A DNA stretch of 64,000 nt from Rubripirellula sp. (GCA_965216875.1 OZ244207.1:7648001-7712000); one strand, 5' to 3'; positions 29,139 to 40,197 are shown, numbered from the stretch's first letter. A program made the numbers and translations. The notes: generated by a model from the letters alone, not told the origin.

Positions 29139-29320
29139 GTGAGCCGCTGGGCGTCAGGCCTCGGGCTTTGACTCTTACGCTTGTGATTTCTGAATGTCGC
29201 CTTTCGCTCCGCGAAAGTAGCGGCGGCAAACGTAACTCTTGCGGCGCACAAGGCGGCTATGTCGAAGGTCGACTGCAAAAAATCACAGCCTCTCGCTACG
29301 CTCTGGCGAGCGTAGCGACG
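29139..29320. repeat. Repeat cluster between convergent genes
   Basis: E 29139-29166, K 29195-29222 (gtcgcctttcgctccgcgaaag), palindrome tcgctacgctctggcgagcgtagcga at 29293-29318 (related copy 38604-38628). Confidence 0.8.
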
Positions 29321-29332
29321 TTCACGAAATCA

Positions 29333-32326
29333 CTACTGGGCGTCTTTTCCAAAGAACAGCACGCGTGACGAACCGGACGAGCCTTGGTTGTAGGTGTAAC
29401 CCGCTTCCAAAGCGCGATCGATTCGTTCTTTCGACTCGGTCAAGTGAGCCTTGGTGTAGGCGTCCATCTTGTCACCACACTTTGCCAAGCTGCTGCTGAT
29501 TCGCTCGGACAGCGTTCGAAGTTCCATACGGGCCAAGTTCGAGATCGGCTTGTAGGCGGCAGTGCTGCTGCTGGTCTTGAGGACCAAGTCCATTAGCCGC
29601 TGCAGGTGTTCGCGTTGCAGGTTGCGACGCAGCGACGAAATCATCGGCTTGCGATCGTTGCGATCCTCTGGGCATTCCTTATCGATTTCCGTCCAGACCG
29701 ACTTGTTGACCGTGTCGAGTAGTTCGGGCAACGTCAATGCATCTTCCTCTTCAGGGAGACGAAGTTCGTTGTCATAAACGCGTCGCAAAGTGGTTGGGTT
29801 CATCAGCAGTGTTAGCGCCGATGCTTGGACGCCGAGGATTCGATCGTGAATGGGCCACGCTGCTTCGCTGCTCATCGAGTGGAATCCGCCACCGTCGAGC
29901 CATTTGTCGACGCTCATTCGCTCGAGCAACTCGGGGGTCAAGCCGTAAGCTTCGTCGTAGAACGTGGTGTCGATCACGAACTTCAACGCTTTGCGTTGTT
30001 GATCGGCAGGAACGACTTTGACAGGCGGTCGATCGCCGGGGTCGCCCTTTTTGTCACGATTGACAAAGGCACCGCCGATCCAGTTGGCCATCATACTGCC
30101 GCTACGGGTTTGCAATCCGAGGGTCAGTTCGTAGCCGCGACGAGCTTTGGCCCAGCTGTCACCTTCTTTGACGAACTTGTCCAAAATGCGTTCGCGATAC
30201 AGTTTGACCAATCGCATCTGCTCTTCGGCGAAATCGAGTGGATCCGCTGCAAAGTCGTAGCGTCGCGCGAGCGGGTCGGGGCCGCTGGTGTCTTCGTCGG
30301 TTGCGTATTGCAACTCAGGCTCGCTGCAGCGTTTGAGGATTTCAGGCAACTTCTTGTCGTCAAAGGTGTAGCCGTATTCGATCGCCCAGTAATCGTAGGG
30401 ACCGATGTCGATCATCGCGTAGTCGCCTTGGATTTCACCAGCTTCGTAACGCAGGTTGATTGGAATGTAGTCCATCACCGAGGAAGCGAACGGCTTGCTG
30501 CCTTTGACATCCTTGCTGTTGATCTGCTCGAGCGTCATGTGCGAGGACGCTTTGAAGTTGTGGCGAAGTCCGAGGGTGTGACCCACTTCGTGAGCGACGA
30601 GGTCGGCAAGCAGTGGGCCGACGAACCATTCGGGCATGCCGTCTAGCAGGTCAACGTTGTCTGCTGGCTTGTCGCCTTTCTTTTCGTCGTCCTTCTTATC
30701 GTCTGACTCTTTCTCGTCTTTGTCTTCCTTGTCCTCTTCGTCATCGCCTTCCTTGTCGTCACTTTCTTTTTCTTCTTTGTCGGCGGCTTCTTCGTCCTTG
30801 TCTTCGTCGCCTTTCTTCTCTTCTTCCTCTTTCTTTTTCTTCTCGGCTTCTTCAGCAGCCAGCAGGGTCATTGCCCAGTTCATACGTGCCAAAGCGAGGT
30901 CCATGCTGCGTGCGCCAGCGGCCATGCACAGGCCGTTCTTTTGGCTCACTCGCCCATACAGGCCATCAAATTCGTCGTCGCCGAGAATCGAAGGGTTGGC
31001 TTGAGCCATCGAGAAGCCAGCCATTGGCTGGTGAGCTTGTCGTGCAAACTTTTCACGCAAGTAGTTGTGCTGTTCGGCGGGTGCCAAGCGAATACGGGGG
31101 TCCCAATTTGGGTTTTCGCCGAGCCAAGCGAGGGTTTCGGGGCTTGCCCCTTCCATCGCAATCTGTGGCATCAGGTCTTCGTAGTTGAAGTTGAAGTGGC
31201 GAATCCAGCCATCGGTCAGGACCACATCGGCGTCAAGGATTTCACCTGTCATGGGATGAACACGTGAAGGGCCGATTGCCGTGCCAACATCGTTGTTCAA
31301 CCAGCGGATGAAGTTGTACCGAATGTCTTCGGGGTCTTTTTCCATGTGAGCGCCAGGAGAGCCGGCGTCTTGGTAGATGACGACGATCGCGTCATCGATC
31401 CCCACTTTTCGGAACGCGTCGTTCCAGTATTCGATGCCCGCTTTAATCCATCGACGGTAGCGGACAGGAGTTGTGTGTTCGACGTAGAACTCGATCGGTT
31501 TCTTCGGCGGGCTGAGCTTCAACTTGGAATCGCGTTTTTGCAAATTCCAACGATTGATGTAGCGGATGGTGGTTTCGTCGTCCTTGTACTTGCCCAGGTC
31601 CGAATAGGTCGTCGTGAAATATCCAATGCGTTCGTCGGCCTTACGTGGCTTGAAGCCTGGTGATGCGACGGGGACTTCGCTGAACGAGTAGTGCAGCGTT
31701 TGGAACTTGCCGCTCAAGCCGACGATTTCGAATGCGACTTCGACGTTCTTTGGAAAGACCTTCGCCGACTTGATCGACTTGATTCGCGTGTTGGTTACGC
31801 GAACGGGCGGGTTCATGCCGTAGGGGTCATTACTAAAGAACTGACTTGCGTTATTGATCAGCAGTGAATCGAGATCGATCACAGGACCGCCCGACGGTCC
31901 TGTCGCGACGATTGGGATGTCCAAGATCACGCGGTCGGTGAACAGGTTTTTGACCGAAGCTTTTGATTCGGCATCGCCACTGGCACGGATGGTCAGGTTG
32001 GGGCTGATCAACGCCAGACGCTCGTCGTACTTGCGCCACTGGACGACCCAGTCACCGGATTGCAAACCAGCGTACCGAGCACCGCTTCCGATCGTCAGCG
32101 CGATGAAGTAATTCTTGCCGGCAAAGTTCTTCGGCAGCTCGCACAGAATCTGAGCATCCTTGTCGCGTTTCCAGAGGTTGAAAAAACCCTTGGAAGCATC
32201 GGGCACCGAAACATTGATTTTCGTGTATCCCTCGGAGACCTTATCAAATGGCGGCAGCACGGCCGAAGCCTTCTGGGCCGAGGTGAGGGCGACGATAGCA
32301 GCGACAATCAGATGGGTGTATTTCAT
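29333..32326 (-). CDS. Secreted zinc metalloprotease (metzincin, EcxA/DUF4953-DUF5117-like)
   Basis: HEVGHTLGLRHNF, Met-turn SVMDY, DERIGYF, GPYDYWAIEYGY. Start set at ATG 32326. Confidence 0.92.
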   Translation of the reverse strand: MKYTHLIVAAIVALTSAQKASAVLPPFDKVSEGYTKINVSVPDASKGFFNLWKRDKDAQILCELPKNFAGKNYFIALTIGSGARYAGLQSGDWVVQWRKYDERLALISPNLTIRASGDAESKASVKNLFTDRVILDIPIVATGPSGGPVIDLDSLLINNASQFFSNDPYGMNPPVRVTNTRIKSIKSAKVFPKNVEVAFEIVGLSGKFQTLHYSFSEVPVASPGFKPRKADERIGYFTTTYSDLGKYKDDETTIRYINRWNLQKRDSKLKLSPPKKPIEFYVEHTTPVRYRRWIKAGIEYWNDAFRKVGIDDAIVVIYQDAGSPGAHMEKDPEDIRYNFIRWLNNDVGTAIGPSRVHPMTGEILDADVVLTDGWIRHFNFNYEDLMPQIAMEGASPETLAWLGENPNWDPRIRLAPAEQHNYLREKFARQAHQPMAGFSMAQANPSILGDDEFDGLYGRVSQKNGLCMAAGARSMDLALARMNWAMTLLAAEEAEKKKKEEEEKKGDEDKDEEAADKEEKESDDKEGDDEEDKEDKDEKESDDKKDDEKKGDKPADNVDLLDGMPEWFVGPLLADLVAHEVGHTLGLRHNFKASSHMTLEQINSKDVKGSKPFASSVMDYIPINLRYEAGEIQGDYAMIDIGPYDYWAIEYGYTFDDKKLPEILKRCSEPELQYATDEDTSGPDPLARRYDFAADPLDFAEEQMRLVKLYRERILDKFVKEGDSWAKARRGYELTLGLQTRSGSMMANWIGGAFVNRDKKGDPGDRPPVKVVPADQQRKALKFVIDTTFYDEAYGLTPELLERMSVDKWLDGGGFHSMSSEAAWPIHDRILGVQASALTLLMNPTTLRRVYDNELRLPEEEDALTLPELLDTVNKSVWTEIDKECPEDRNDRKPMISSLRRNLQREHLQRLMDLVLKTSSSTAAYKPISNLARMELRTLSERISSSLAKCGDKMDAYTKAHLTESKERIDRALEAGYTYNQGSSGSSRVLFFGKDAQ

Positions 32327-32895
32327 TCCGAACACTCGGTATTTCAAGGAATTGGTCCCTTAAGGTTAGGTCACACCAGCCGGCCCAATGGGCCGAAAAC
32401 TGCGAATTTGCGATGGGTTCGATTGGGCGATTGCCCGCATTTTGGCTTGGCGACGCAGCGGGCCCCCATTCCAGAAACCCTGCTGGCAACCGGTATGGAC
32501 CACGCAGCAAGTATTTTGGGCTCTTTGTGTTGCCCTGCAGGTGGGAAAACGCAGGTCGTCAGCAGTCGAATCGGGCGGGAATCAGGGGCCAGGGTTGTGG
32601 TTGGCAACCTCCCATCACCCTGTCGTTTTAGCCGATATATCCCTCCCTATCCAAACATCTCCTCCATCATAGTCCTTTTGACCAGGCTTCGGTTGCCAAG
32701 TTCCCTTGCGGGTTCTCGCTGACGGTTTTCCGTTGGCTGCGACGGAAAGTCACCGCAACGTTCGGGCGGGGCCGGCCGCCGTCCATTGACGGTTGTTGAT
32801 CTCGGGCTGACAATTCGGTTCAAAAGAGCAAACGCACCTGCGTCCGTCCGCGCAGATGCCCCTTTCACGTGCCTCATCCACCGATTGAAAGCTGA

Positions 32896-34161
32896 ATGAA
32901 CCCGCTGCAAGAGCAAGACCCTGACATCTGGCAAGCGATCCAAGCCGAAGCCCAACGCCAGCAGGACGGGCTCGAGTTGATCGCGAGTGAAAACTACACC
33001 TCGTTGGCCGTGATGCAGGCAGGTGGGAGTGTCCTGACCAACAAATACGCTGAGGGGTATCCCGGTCGCCGCTATTACGGTGGGTGTGAACACGTCGACG
33101 TGGTCGAGAACATCGCAATCGCACGAGCTAAAGAGCTGTTTGGGGCCGAAGCCGCAAACGTTCAACCGCACAGCGGTTCGCAAGCCAACACGGCGGTCTA
33201 CCTGTCGTGCCTCGAGCCGGGCGACAACGTTCTCGGCCTCGACCTGGCTCAAGGCGGTCACCTGACGCACGGGATGCGACTGAACATCAGCGGCAAGCTG
33301 TACAACTTCATCAGCTACGGCGTCGACAAAGAAACGCATCGGCTCGATTTTGATCAAATCGCAAGTTTGGCTCGCGAGCACAAACCCAAGTTGATCGTGG
33401 CCGGTGCCAGCGCATACCCGCGTGAGATCCCGCACGACAAGTTCGCCGAAATTGCGGCCGATGTTGGCGCGCTGCTGATGGTCGACATGGCACACTACGC
33501 GGGGCTCGTCGCCGCTGGTTTGCACAATAGCCCCGTTCCTCATGCCGACTTTGTCACCACCACAACCCACAAAACGCTGCGTGGACCACGTGCCGGTTTG
33601 GTGATGTGCAAGGAGCAGTACCTCAAGGACGTCAACCGTAGCGTCTTTCCTGGGATCCAGGGTGGGCCACTGATGCACATGGTCGCGGCGAAGGCGGTTT
33701 GCTTCGCCGAAGCGCTGACCGAGGATTACAAGACTTACGGTCAAGCGATCATCGACAACGCGAAAGCACTCGCCGATTCGCTGATGTCGTCTGGCCTACG
33801 ATTGGTCAGTGGCGGTACCGACAATCACTTGATGATGGTCGATGTCACTGCCGTTGGTCTTGGCGGCAAGAAAGCGGAAGCCGTTTTGGATGAGTGTGGG
33901 ATCACCGTCAACATGAACATGATTCCGTTTGATACTCGCAAGCCAATGGACCCGTCCGGAGTCCGTATCGGAACGCCTGCATTGACCACACGCGGTATGG
34001 GTACGGATGAGATGACTCGTGTCGGTCAGTGGATCTACAAGGCGCTTGCCAATGCGGACGATGCGTCGCTTCATCAAACGATTCGTGAAGAGGTGCGAAC
34101 GCTTTGCGAAAGTTTCCCCGTGCCAGCGGGACAAACAAGCGCACCGGTACCTGCAAGCTAA
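32896..34161 (+). CDS. glyA: Serine hydroxymethyltransferase
   Basis: [40 protein letters not shown]. Confidence 0.98.
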   Translation: MNPLQEQDPDIWQAIQAEAQRQQDGLELIASENYTSLAVMQAGGSVLTNKYAEGYPGRRYYGGCEHVDVVENIAIARAKELFGAEAANVQPHSGSQANTAVYLSCLEPGDNVLGLDLAQGGHLTHGMRLNISGKLYNFISYGVDKETHRLDFDQIASLAREHKPKLIVAGASAYPREIPHDKFAEIAADVGALLMVDMAHYAGLVAAGLHNSPVPHADFVTTTTHKTLRGPRAGLVMCKEQYLKDVNRSVFPGIQGGPLMHMVAAKAVCFAEALTEDYKTYGQAIIDNAKALADSLMSSGLRLVSGGTDNHLMMVDVTAVGLGGKKAEAVLDECGITVNMNMIPFDTRKPMDPSGVRIGTPALTTRGMGTDEMTRVGQWIYKALANADDASLHQTIREEVRTLCESFPVPAGQTSAPVPAS

Positions 34162-34255
34162 GCGGTGTACCTGTAAGCTAAGAAAGTAGCAATGATAGTG
34201 CCGAGTGGGTTCGACCGCAGACCACTCGGCCCAAATGCCGCGGGGAACTGCTCTG

Positions 34256-34711
34256 ATGAATCGAATCCTGATCGCCGACGATAACGACGCCAACCGTGAA
34301 TTGCTGGAAGCCTATTTGGTTTCCGTCGATTGCGAGATCGAAACGTCGGTTGATGGGCAAGACACGCTCGACAAGGTTGCGTCCTTCAAGCCTGATCTGG
34401 TGTTGCTTGACGTGATGATGCCCAAGCTGAGCGGTTTCGAAGTCTGCAAGCAACTCAAGGACGACCCCGAAACGGCGCGCGTGATGGTGCTGATGGTCAC
34501 CGCGCTGAATGAGCTCGGCGATATCGAGCGTGCCGTCAACGCCGGCACGGACGACTTTCTGAGCAAGCCGGTCAATAAGATCGAGTTGCTCAAGCGAGTC
34601 GACAACATGCTCAAGCTCAAGGGCACCGGTGACGAGCTGGAGCGGCTCCGCCAATACATCAAAGAGATGGAAGACGACCACAATTCTCGTGGTTCCGACG
34701 ACGAAGAGTAG
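34256..34711 (+). CDS. Single-domain response regulator with short coiled-coil tail
   Basis: ILIADD, LLDVMMP, VTAL, DFLSKP. Confidence 0.93.
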   Translation: MNRILIADDNDANRELLEAYLVSVDCEIETSVDGQDTLDKVASFKPDLVLLDVMMPKLSGFEVCKQLKDDPETARVMVLMVTALNELGDIERAVNAGTDDFLSKPVNKIELLKRVDNMLKLKGTGDELERLRQYIKEMEDDHNSRGSDDEE

Positions 34712-34912
34712 TCTGTATCGGTTCGTATCCCTGTTCCCCGTTCTTGGCGGCTGACCAGAACGTGTCGGCCATTGGGAACAGACGATCACCAATCACGCGA
34801 ATCGATTTGCGTCGTGTTCATGCCGATCTCGGTATGGCGAACCGCTGGCTGCTAGAATTGACCTCCCCTGGGGCGCTCCCTCCTGCCTCCCTCCAAACCC
34901 CTCGAGGTCACG

Positions 34913-35461
34913 ATGAAGTTTCGATCGATCGCTGCGCTCACACTGTCCGCTCTGATGGTTTCCCCAGCTCTTGCTGATGATGAAGCGAAGGCAAAGAAGA
35001 AGAACAAGCAACGCAATCGCCAGTCGGCATCTGCCCAACTGGTGAAACAGCTCAAATCCGTCGGCCTCACCGACGATCAAGTCGCCAAGATCAAAGAGTT
35101 GGGCGCCAAAGCAACGGACGAAATGAATTCGATCCGAGAGTCCGCCGGCATCACGGCAGAGCTTCAAAAGAAGCGGATCGCGATCCAAAAGAAGCTTCGC
35201 GAATCTGACAAGAAGGGCAAAGAACTGATCGCGGCGATCAACAAAGAGGCTGGCTTTACCGAAGCGCACGCGGCCGCTCAAAAGAAAGCCAACGCGGTAC
35301 GCATGAAGCTTCATCACGATGCCTTGGCTCTACTGACAGACGAACAGAAAGCGAAGTTGCCTGAACGCTTGCAACGTGTTCTGAAGGCTGCGGAAAAGAA
35401 GAGCAAGCAGTCGGATGGTGACAAACCAGCCAAGAAGAAAAAGAAGAAGTCGGAAGGCTAG
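34913..35461 (+). CDS. Secreted Lys-rich helical protein (Spy/CpxP-like)
   Basis: Signal peptide; LTDDQ, FTEAH and LTDEQ resemble LTXXQ motifs. Confidence 0.75.
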   Translation: MKFRSIAALTLSALMVSPALADDEAKAKKKNKQRNRQSASAQLVKQLKSVGLTDDQVAKIKELGAKATDEMNSIRESAGITAELQKKRIAIQKKLRESDKKGKELIAAINKEAGFTEAHAAAQKKANAVRMKLHHDALALLTDEQKAKLPERLQRVLKAAEKKSKQSDGDKPAKKKKKKSEG

Positions 35462-35502
35462 GACTGGCAGCTGGCGTATGACGACAACGCTCGAATGACC
35501 GC

Positions 35503-36777
35503 ATGAAGCAAGAAAACAAACGCCCTTGGTACCGGCGCATCGGCCCTGGCTTGATCACCGCATGCGTGGTGATCGGGCCTGGCAGCATCATGACCAGCAG
35601 CAAAGTCGGGGCAAGCGATGGCTACTCGATGCTTTGGGTGGTGGCGATTTCTGCCTTCTTCATGCTCGTGTATATGAAGTTGGGAGCCAAGCTCGGGGTT
35701 GCAACGAACCAATCGCCCTGTGATCTGCTGCGAGCCAAAGTTGGGCGTTGGCTTGCCGTTGCGGTCGGGCTGGGCATCTTTTTTATTGCTGCGGCGTTTC
35801 AGTCAGGAAACAACATCGGTGTCGCTGCGGCATTTGAAGCGTTCGTCGAACGCAAGGATGTGGTGGCTATCCTGGTCGTCCTCTTCAACGCGGTGGCGAT
35901 CGCGTTCTTGTACGTTTTTAAAGACATGTACAAGATGCTCGAGCGACTGATGATGTGTTTCGTTGCAATCATGCTGCTCAGCTTTGCCGTCAACCTGGTG
36001 ATGCTCAAACCTGATCTCGCCGAAATGGGGCGCGGGTTTGTCCCGTCACTTGGCAAGTCGGGAGAGTGGCTTCCTGTGTTGGGGTTGGTGGGCACCACGT
36101 TCGTGAGCGCAGCCGCCTTTTATCAAGCCTATTTGGTCAAACAAAAGGGATGGTCAGAAGACGATCTCGAGAGCGGGATGATCGATGCGAGAATCGGGAC
36201 GGCGATCATGTTCCTGATCACGCTGGTCTTGATGTCGACCGCAGCAGCGGGATTGGGTTCGGATGGCTCGGCCAAATTGGAGAATCCCGTTGATGTGGCG
36301 ATTTCGCTTGAACGCACTTTTGGTGCTTCGGCAAAGGCGATTTTCTGTCTCGGGCTTTTCTCAGCTGCGTATTCCTCGTTCTTGGTCAACTCGATGGTGG
36401 GTGGCTTCTTGGCCGCCGATGGATTGGGTTTCCCATGCGGGGCGGGTGATCGCGCCCCCAAAGTCTTGACGACCTTGGCACTCGTCCTCGGCATGCTCGT
36501 CGCATTGGCCGTGCTCAAATGGGACTTTGACCGAACACCGACGATCGTGGCCGCACAAGCCGTCACCGTCGTCGTCGCGCCGTTGATCGCTGGCGTGCTT
36601 TGGTGGTTGACCAGTTCACGCGCGGTGATGGGTAATCGTGCCAATTCATTGGTGACCAATTGCGTTGCTGCCGTGGGGTTCGTGATTCTGTTGGCGATTG
36701 CCGCTCGAACCGCACTGATCACGCTGCCCCAGAAAGTACAAGATTACCGCCAAGCCGATGTGACGCAGCCTCAGTAG
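35503..36777 (+). CDS. Nramp-like transporter
   Basis: IGPGLITACVVIGPGSI, FQSGN, LVGTT, AAYSS; about 11 hydrophobic segments. Confidence 0.88.
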   Translation: MKQENKRPWYRRIGPGLITACVVIGPGSIMTSSKVGASDGYSMLWVVAISAFFMLVYMKLGAKLGVATNQSPCDLLRAKVGRWLAVAVGLGIFFIAAAFQSGNNIGVAAAFEAFVERKDVVAILVVLFNAVAIAFLYVFKDMYKMLERLMMCFVAIMLLSFAVNLVMLKPDLAEMGRGFVPSLGKSGEWLPVLGLVGTTFVSAAAFYQAYLVKQKGWSEDDLESGMIDARIGTAIMFLITLVLMSTAAAGLGSDGSAKLENPVDVAISLERTFGASAKAIFCLGLFSAAYSSFLVNSMVGGFLAADGLGFPCGAGDRAPKVLTTLALVLGMLVALAVLKWDFDRTPTIVAAQAVTVVVAPLIAGVLWWLTSSRAVMGNRANSLVTNCVAAVGFVILLAIAARTALITLPQKVQDYRQADVTQPQ

Positions 36778-36870
36778 CCATTTCACGGTCGGTGACCACG
36801 TCGAGGCGACGTCTTCGGGCTGCTACAATCGTTCCCACATTGGGGTCGGACGGGGTAGGTCAACAGCGAT

Positions 36871-37311
36871 ATGAAGATCGAATACTTAACGATTCGCGAA
36901 GGTCGAATTGTTCTCGAGAAGTGGCAGGGAACCGTGAGCCATCATGGGTTGCTTGAGCACGAACACGCGCAGCTTCAAGATACCCGTATTCAATCGGGAG
37001 CGGTCTGTTTGGCCGACTGTAGAGACGCCGTGTTCCCCGAATCCAATGTCCAGAACATTCACGAGTTGGCCGATCTGCATTCTCGACCCGACAACAAAAT
37101 CACGATTGCGAAAATCGCGGTGCTGGTTTCAGACAGCAACGATTGGGTGACCGGCAAACAACTCGAAGTCGACAGCATGGTCAATCGGTTCACGGTCATC
37201 CTGTTCAATTCAATCAGCGTTGCATGCACTTGGCTTGGTGTCGAAGAGGATGAGGTCGAAGAGCATTTGGCCGTGTTGAAAGAACGACTCGAAGCTGGCG
37301 ATTCGGCCTAA
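36871..37311 (+). CDS. Hypothetical protein, STAS/SEC14 (SpoIIAA)-like
   Basis: LADCRDA, KIAVLV, F...A..WL pattern. Confidence 0.6.
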   Translation: MKIEYLTIREGRIVLEKWQGTVSHHGLLEHEHAQLQDTRIQSGAVCLADCRDAVFPESNVQNIHELADLHSRPDNKITIAKIAVLVSDSNDWVTGKQLEVDSMVNRFTVILFNSISVACTWLGVEEDEVEEHLAVLKERLEAGDSA

Positions 37312-37321
37312 ACGAAATTCA

Positions 37322-38593
37322 ATGGGACTTATGCAGAACACACACACGCTAACCGCTCGCCTTGTCGCTGCGCTCCTGCTGGTAACGACCGTTTGTTCCA
37401 CTGGGACGGCCGACGATGCCGCTCATCGAGCCGAGTGGAACTCGCAACATCAAACGCCGCCCAGTGACTTGGCGGCTTACTTTCAACCGACGCTGAAGTA
37501 CTGGGGCGACCTCGGCAAGTTCCCATCGCCATTGGTCTTTGACGACGGTGCGAAAGTCGAGACGGCCGATCAGTGGGCCAAGCGGCGTGCGGAAATCGCA
37601 GCCAAGTGGCACGGGGCGATGGGCAAGTGGCCACCCCTGATCGAATCGCCGCGTGTGGATGTCGTGCAAACGACCAAACGAGAGAACGTTACACAGCATC
37701 AAGTGAAAGTCGAAATCGGCGTCGGTCGCCAAATGGTCGACGGCTTCTTGTTGGTGCCCGATGGCGAGGGCCCCTTTGCTGCAGTCGTTGTTCCCTATTA
37801 CGACGCTCAAACCGGCGCTGGGCTGGGGACCGAGTTGCGTGACTTTGGTTGGCAACTCGCAAAGCGAGGCTTCGTGACCCTATCGATCGGAAAACCGAAC
37901 TCAGGTATCAACCTAAACGACTCGCGCGAAGCGGGGCGTCGTGGGCGATACTACGGCGACACCAGCGGGCCAATCGAGTTGCAGCCACTTTCGGCGCTCG
38001 CCTACGCAGCGGCAAACGCTCACACCGTTCTGGCAAGTCGCGATGATGTGCTTCCCGAACGAATTGGGATTGTGGGGCATTCCTTTGGCGGCAAGTGGGC
38101 CATGTTTGCATCATGCCTTTACGACAAGTTCGCATGTGCCGCCTGGTCGGATCCAGGGATCGTGTTTGATGAACGCGATCGAAGAAAAGAAAACCCGGGT
38201 GGCAGCGTCAACTATTGGGATCGGTGGTACCTCGGATTTGAATTGGGCAGCACGGTGGACGGTTCGACGTCGAGTAAGTTCCGTGCCTTGCCGAGCGATT
38301 CTCAGCCGCGGACTGGGTCCTACAAGAAACTCATTGGGTCGGGATCGGACCTGACCGAGCTTCATGCTCTGATGGCGCCGCGCCCCTTCTTGGTCTCGGG
38401 TGGAACTGCCGACATGCCCGAACGCTGGCCAGCGCTCAATCATGCGATCGCCGTCAACTCTGTTCTTGGCCTCGATCTTCGGGTCATGATGACCAACCGC
38501 GACAGCCACGCTCCGACGAAGGAATCGAACGAAACGATCTATCGCTTCTGCGAGTGGTGGCTGCAAGAAAAAATCCTCGATCCAAGCGAATGA
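37322..38593 (+). CDS. Secreted alpha/beta hydrolase (esterase-like)
   Basis: RIGIVGHSFGGK nucleophile elbow, LHALMAPRPFL, C-terminal His. Confidence 0.88.
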   Translation: MGLMQNTHTLTARLVAALLLVTTVCSTGTADDAAHRAEWNSQHQTPPSDLAAYFQPTLKYWGDLGKFPSPLVFDDGAKVETADQWAKRRAEIAAKWHGAMGKWPPLIESPRVDVVQTTKRENVTQHQVKVEIGVGRQMVDGFLLVPDGEGPFAAVVVPYYDAQTGAGLGTELRDFGWQLAKRGFVTLSIGKPNSGINLNDSREAGRRGRYYGDTSGPIELQPLSALAYAAANAHTVLASRDDVLPERIGIVGHSFGGKWAMFASCLYDKFACAAWSDPGIVFDERDRRKENPGGSVNYWDRWYLGFELGSTVDGSTSSKFRALPSDSQPRTGSYKKLIGSGSDLTELHALMAPRPFLVSGGTADMPERWPALNHAIAVNSVLGLDLRVMMTNRDSHAPTKESNETIYRFCEWWLQEKILDPSE

Positions 38594-38764
38594 CTCGATG
38601 TGTCGTTGCTACGCGCGCCAGAGTGTAGGTAACTGCGGCCCGTGAGTAACGAGATTTGCTTGCAATTCGATTGGGTGCGGCGCTGGCCAGGTTTATGTGA
38701 GCCGAACGCTAGTGCCACAGGTTCCAATTGCGCTTCCACTAAGCTTCAAAACCTCGCGTATTAG

Positions 38765-38853
38765 CACTCTCCCTTGGGAGAGTCGGGCTCTAAGGCGCGG
38801 AGAGGGTCCGCTGCCCGGACTTTGCGTCCGGCCCTCCCGCAAGCGGGAGGGTG
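38765..38853. repeat. Repeat family C copy flanked by degenerate GTGAGCCG-type arms
   Basis: Matches 8560-8667; flanking arms near 38697 and 38866-38883. Confidence 0.88.
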
Positions 38854-39008
38854 ATTTCTGGAGCACACTAACGCGTGCGGCTTGCGGTAACGCCAAGCGT
38901 GCGATGGGTGGAATTGGGGTCGGTCGTTTTTGGCAAAGGCGTTACGCTTTTAGCTTCTACGCTCGAAATGGAATTCCTTCCTTCCCGCAAATCAAGGATG
39001 AATGAGTC

Positions 39009-39797
39009 ATGTGGATGCAGAATAACTACGTCCGAACGGCAGCTGGAATCGCGTTGGCAGCCTTGTTGTTGGTGGCGGTGACGTCACAACCGAGTTCGGC
39101 TGATAACTCGGGCACTCAAGAAGCGAGTGCTCCGCAACAGTGTGACGCGAACTGCCCCAACGCGGCACGGACTTTTTCCAACCAGCGTGCGTCGTTGGCG
39201 AATGATCAACCGGCCACGTTACGTGATGTCCAACGTCGTCAACTGACGCAGGCTTATCCGTCGCCTTGGGCTGGACCAGCCTACAGTCAACCCACTGGAT
39301 TTGTTCAACCGGCAAGCGTGCCTGCGCGTTCTCCCTATCCGCAACCACCCGTGACACGGCCTCCCTTTCCACAGTCGGGATTGCCCAGTGGAACTTGGAC
39401 CAATGAAACACCATTGGGCAAGGTGACGATGACAACCAATGGCAACAAGATTTCGATCGAAGTCGATGGTTCGGGTGAGTTCGCGATGTTCAGTCCTTCG
39501 GTTCGCGGCGAATACTCGATTGCATCCGATGGAACGATTTATGGCATCGTCCACAGTGTTGACCTTGGCATCGACGCGGCTGCTGCCCAAGAGATGGGCG
39601 AGGAAATGATGTTCTTAAGTGGCCTGAGCGACATCCCCTTCACGATGCGCGCCTATTCGGAACCGGGCGTACTGGCAATCAAGCAAGTCACGTTTGGCAT
39701 TCCGATGCAGGCGATGATCGCGACCGACGGCGAATTCTCGGAGGTTTCGGTTTACGCTCAATCGATGCTCGCTGGCCAATACGAATTGGTTGATTGA
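39009..39797 (+). CDS. Secreted hypothetical protein with Pro/Gln-rich linker
   Basis: Signal peptide, low-complexity region, then a beta-rich domain. Confidence 0.8.
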   Translation: MWMQNNYVRTAAGIALAALLLVAVTSQPSSADNSGTQEASAPQQCDANCPNAARTFSNQRASLANDQPATLRDVQRRQLTQAYPSPWAGPAYSQPTGFVQPASVPARSPYPQPPVTRPPFPQSGLPSGTWTNETPLGKVTMTTNGNKISIEVDGSGEFAMFSPSVRGEYSIASDGTIYGIVHSVDLGIDAAAAQEMGEEMMFLSGLSDIPFTMRAYSEPGVLAIKQVTFGIPMQAMIATDGEFSEVSVYAQSMLAGQYELVD

Positions 39798-39893
39798 ACG
39801 CGTGTTCTGAATCACGAACGTTGAACCGTCATTGACTCTGCCGGGTCGAATGATTGATTGGCGACGAACACGCTCGCGTCGGGCCTACTTCGA

Positions 39894-40184
39894 ATTGGGT
39901 GGGCCATAGAGGGCGTGTTCGTAGTACCGAGCTTTAGCCGGAATCTTCTCGCATTCCGACTGGAGGAGGGACGACAAACGCGCAATCGCTAAGAGTGAGC
40001 AAAAGGTTGACGAGTGATTCGTACTCGTACTCAGCATAGCGGTACTCGTACTCGTTTTTCCAAAGGCTCATCAAAACACCAGCGCCCGGGCCTTCTTCGT
40101 ATTGGGTGAGCCACAGAGGGCACGGAGATCGTGTTCGTAGTGCCGAGCTTTAGCATCGTCGCCTTTTGCTCCGCAAAAGTTGCG
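39894..40184. repeat. Mosaic repeat cluster
   Basis: I near 39894, A 39917-39979, H 39997-40054, I 40101-40130, truncated A 40133-40154, K 40158-40184. Confidence 0.85.
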
Positions 40185-40197
40185 TTCTCGGCCCAGA

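Noticed and set aside
30613..31188. Ser/Phe-rich and Arg/Leu-rich + strand ORFs
   Set aside because: Antisense to the charged insertion of the metalloprotease.
32350..32895. Riboswitch (ZTP, glycine or THF) upstream of glyA
   Set aside because: Only a weak caggtgggaa resemblance; I could not match the conserved cores by eye. An Rfam/Infernal scan would be decisive.
32647..33744. 365-aa minus-strand ORF and other long antisense ORFs
   Set aside because: They lie opposite glyA and other confident genes, as expected from codon bias in GC-rich DNA.
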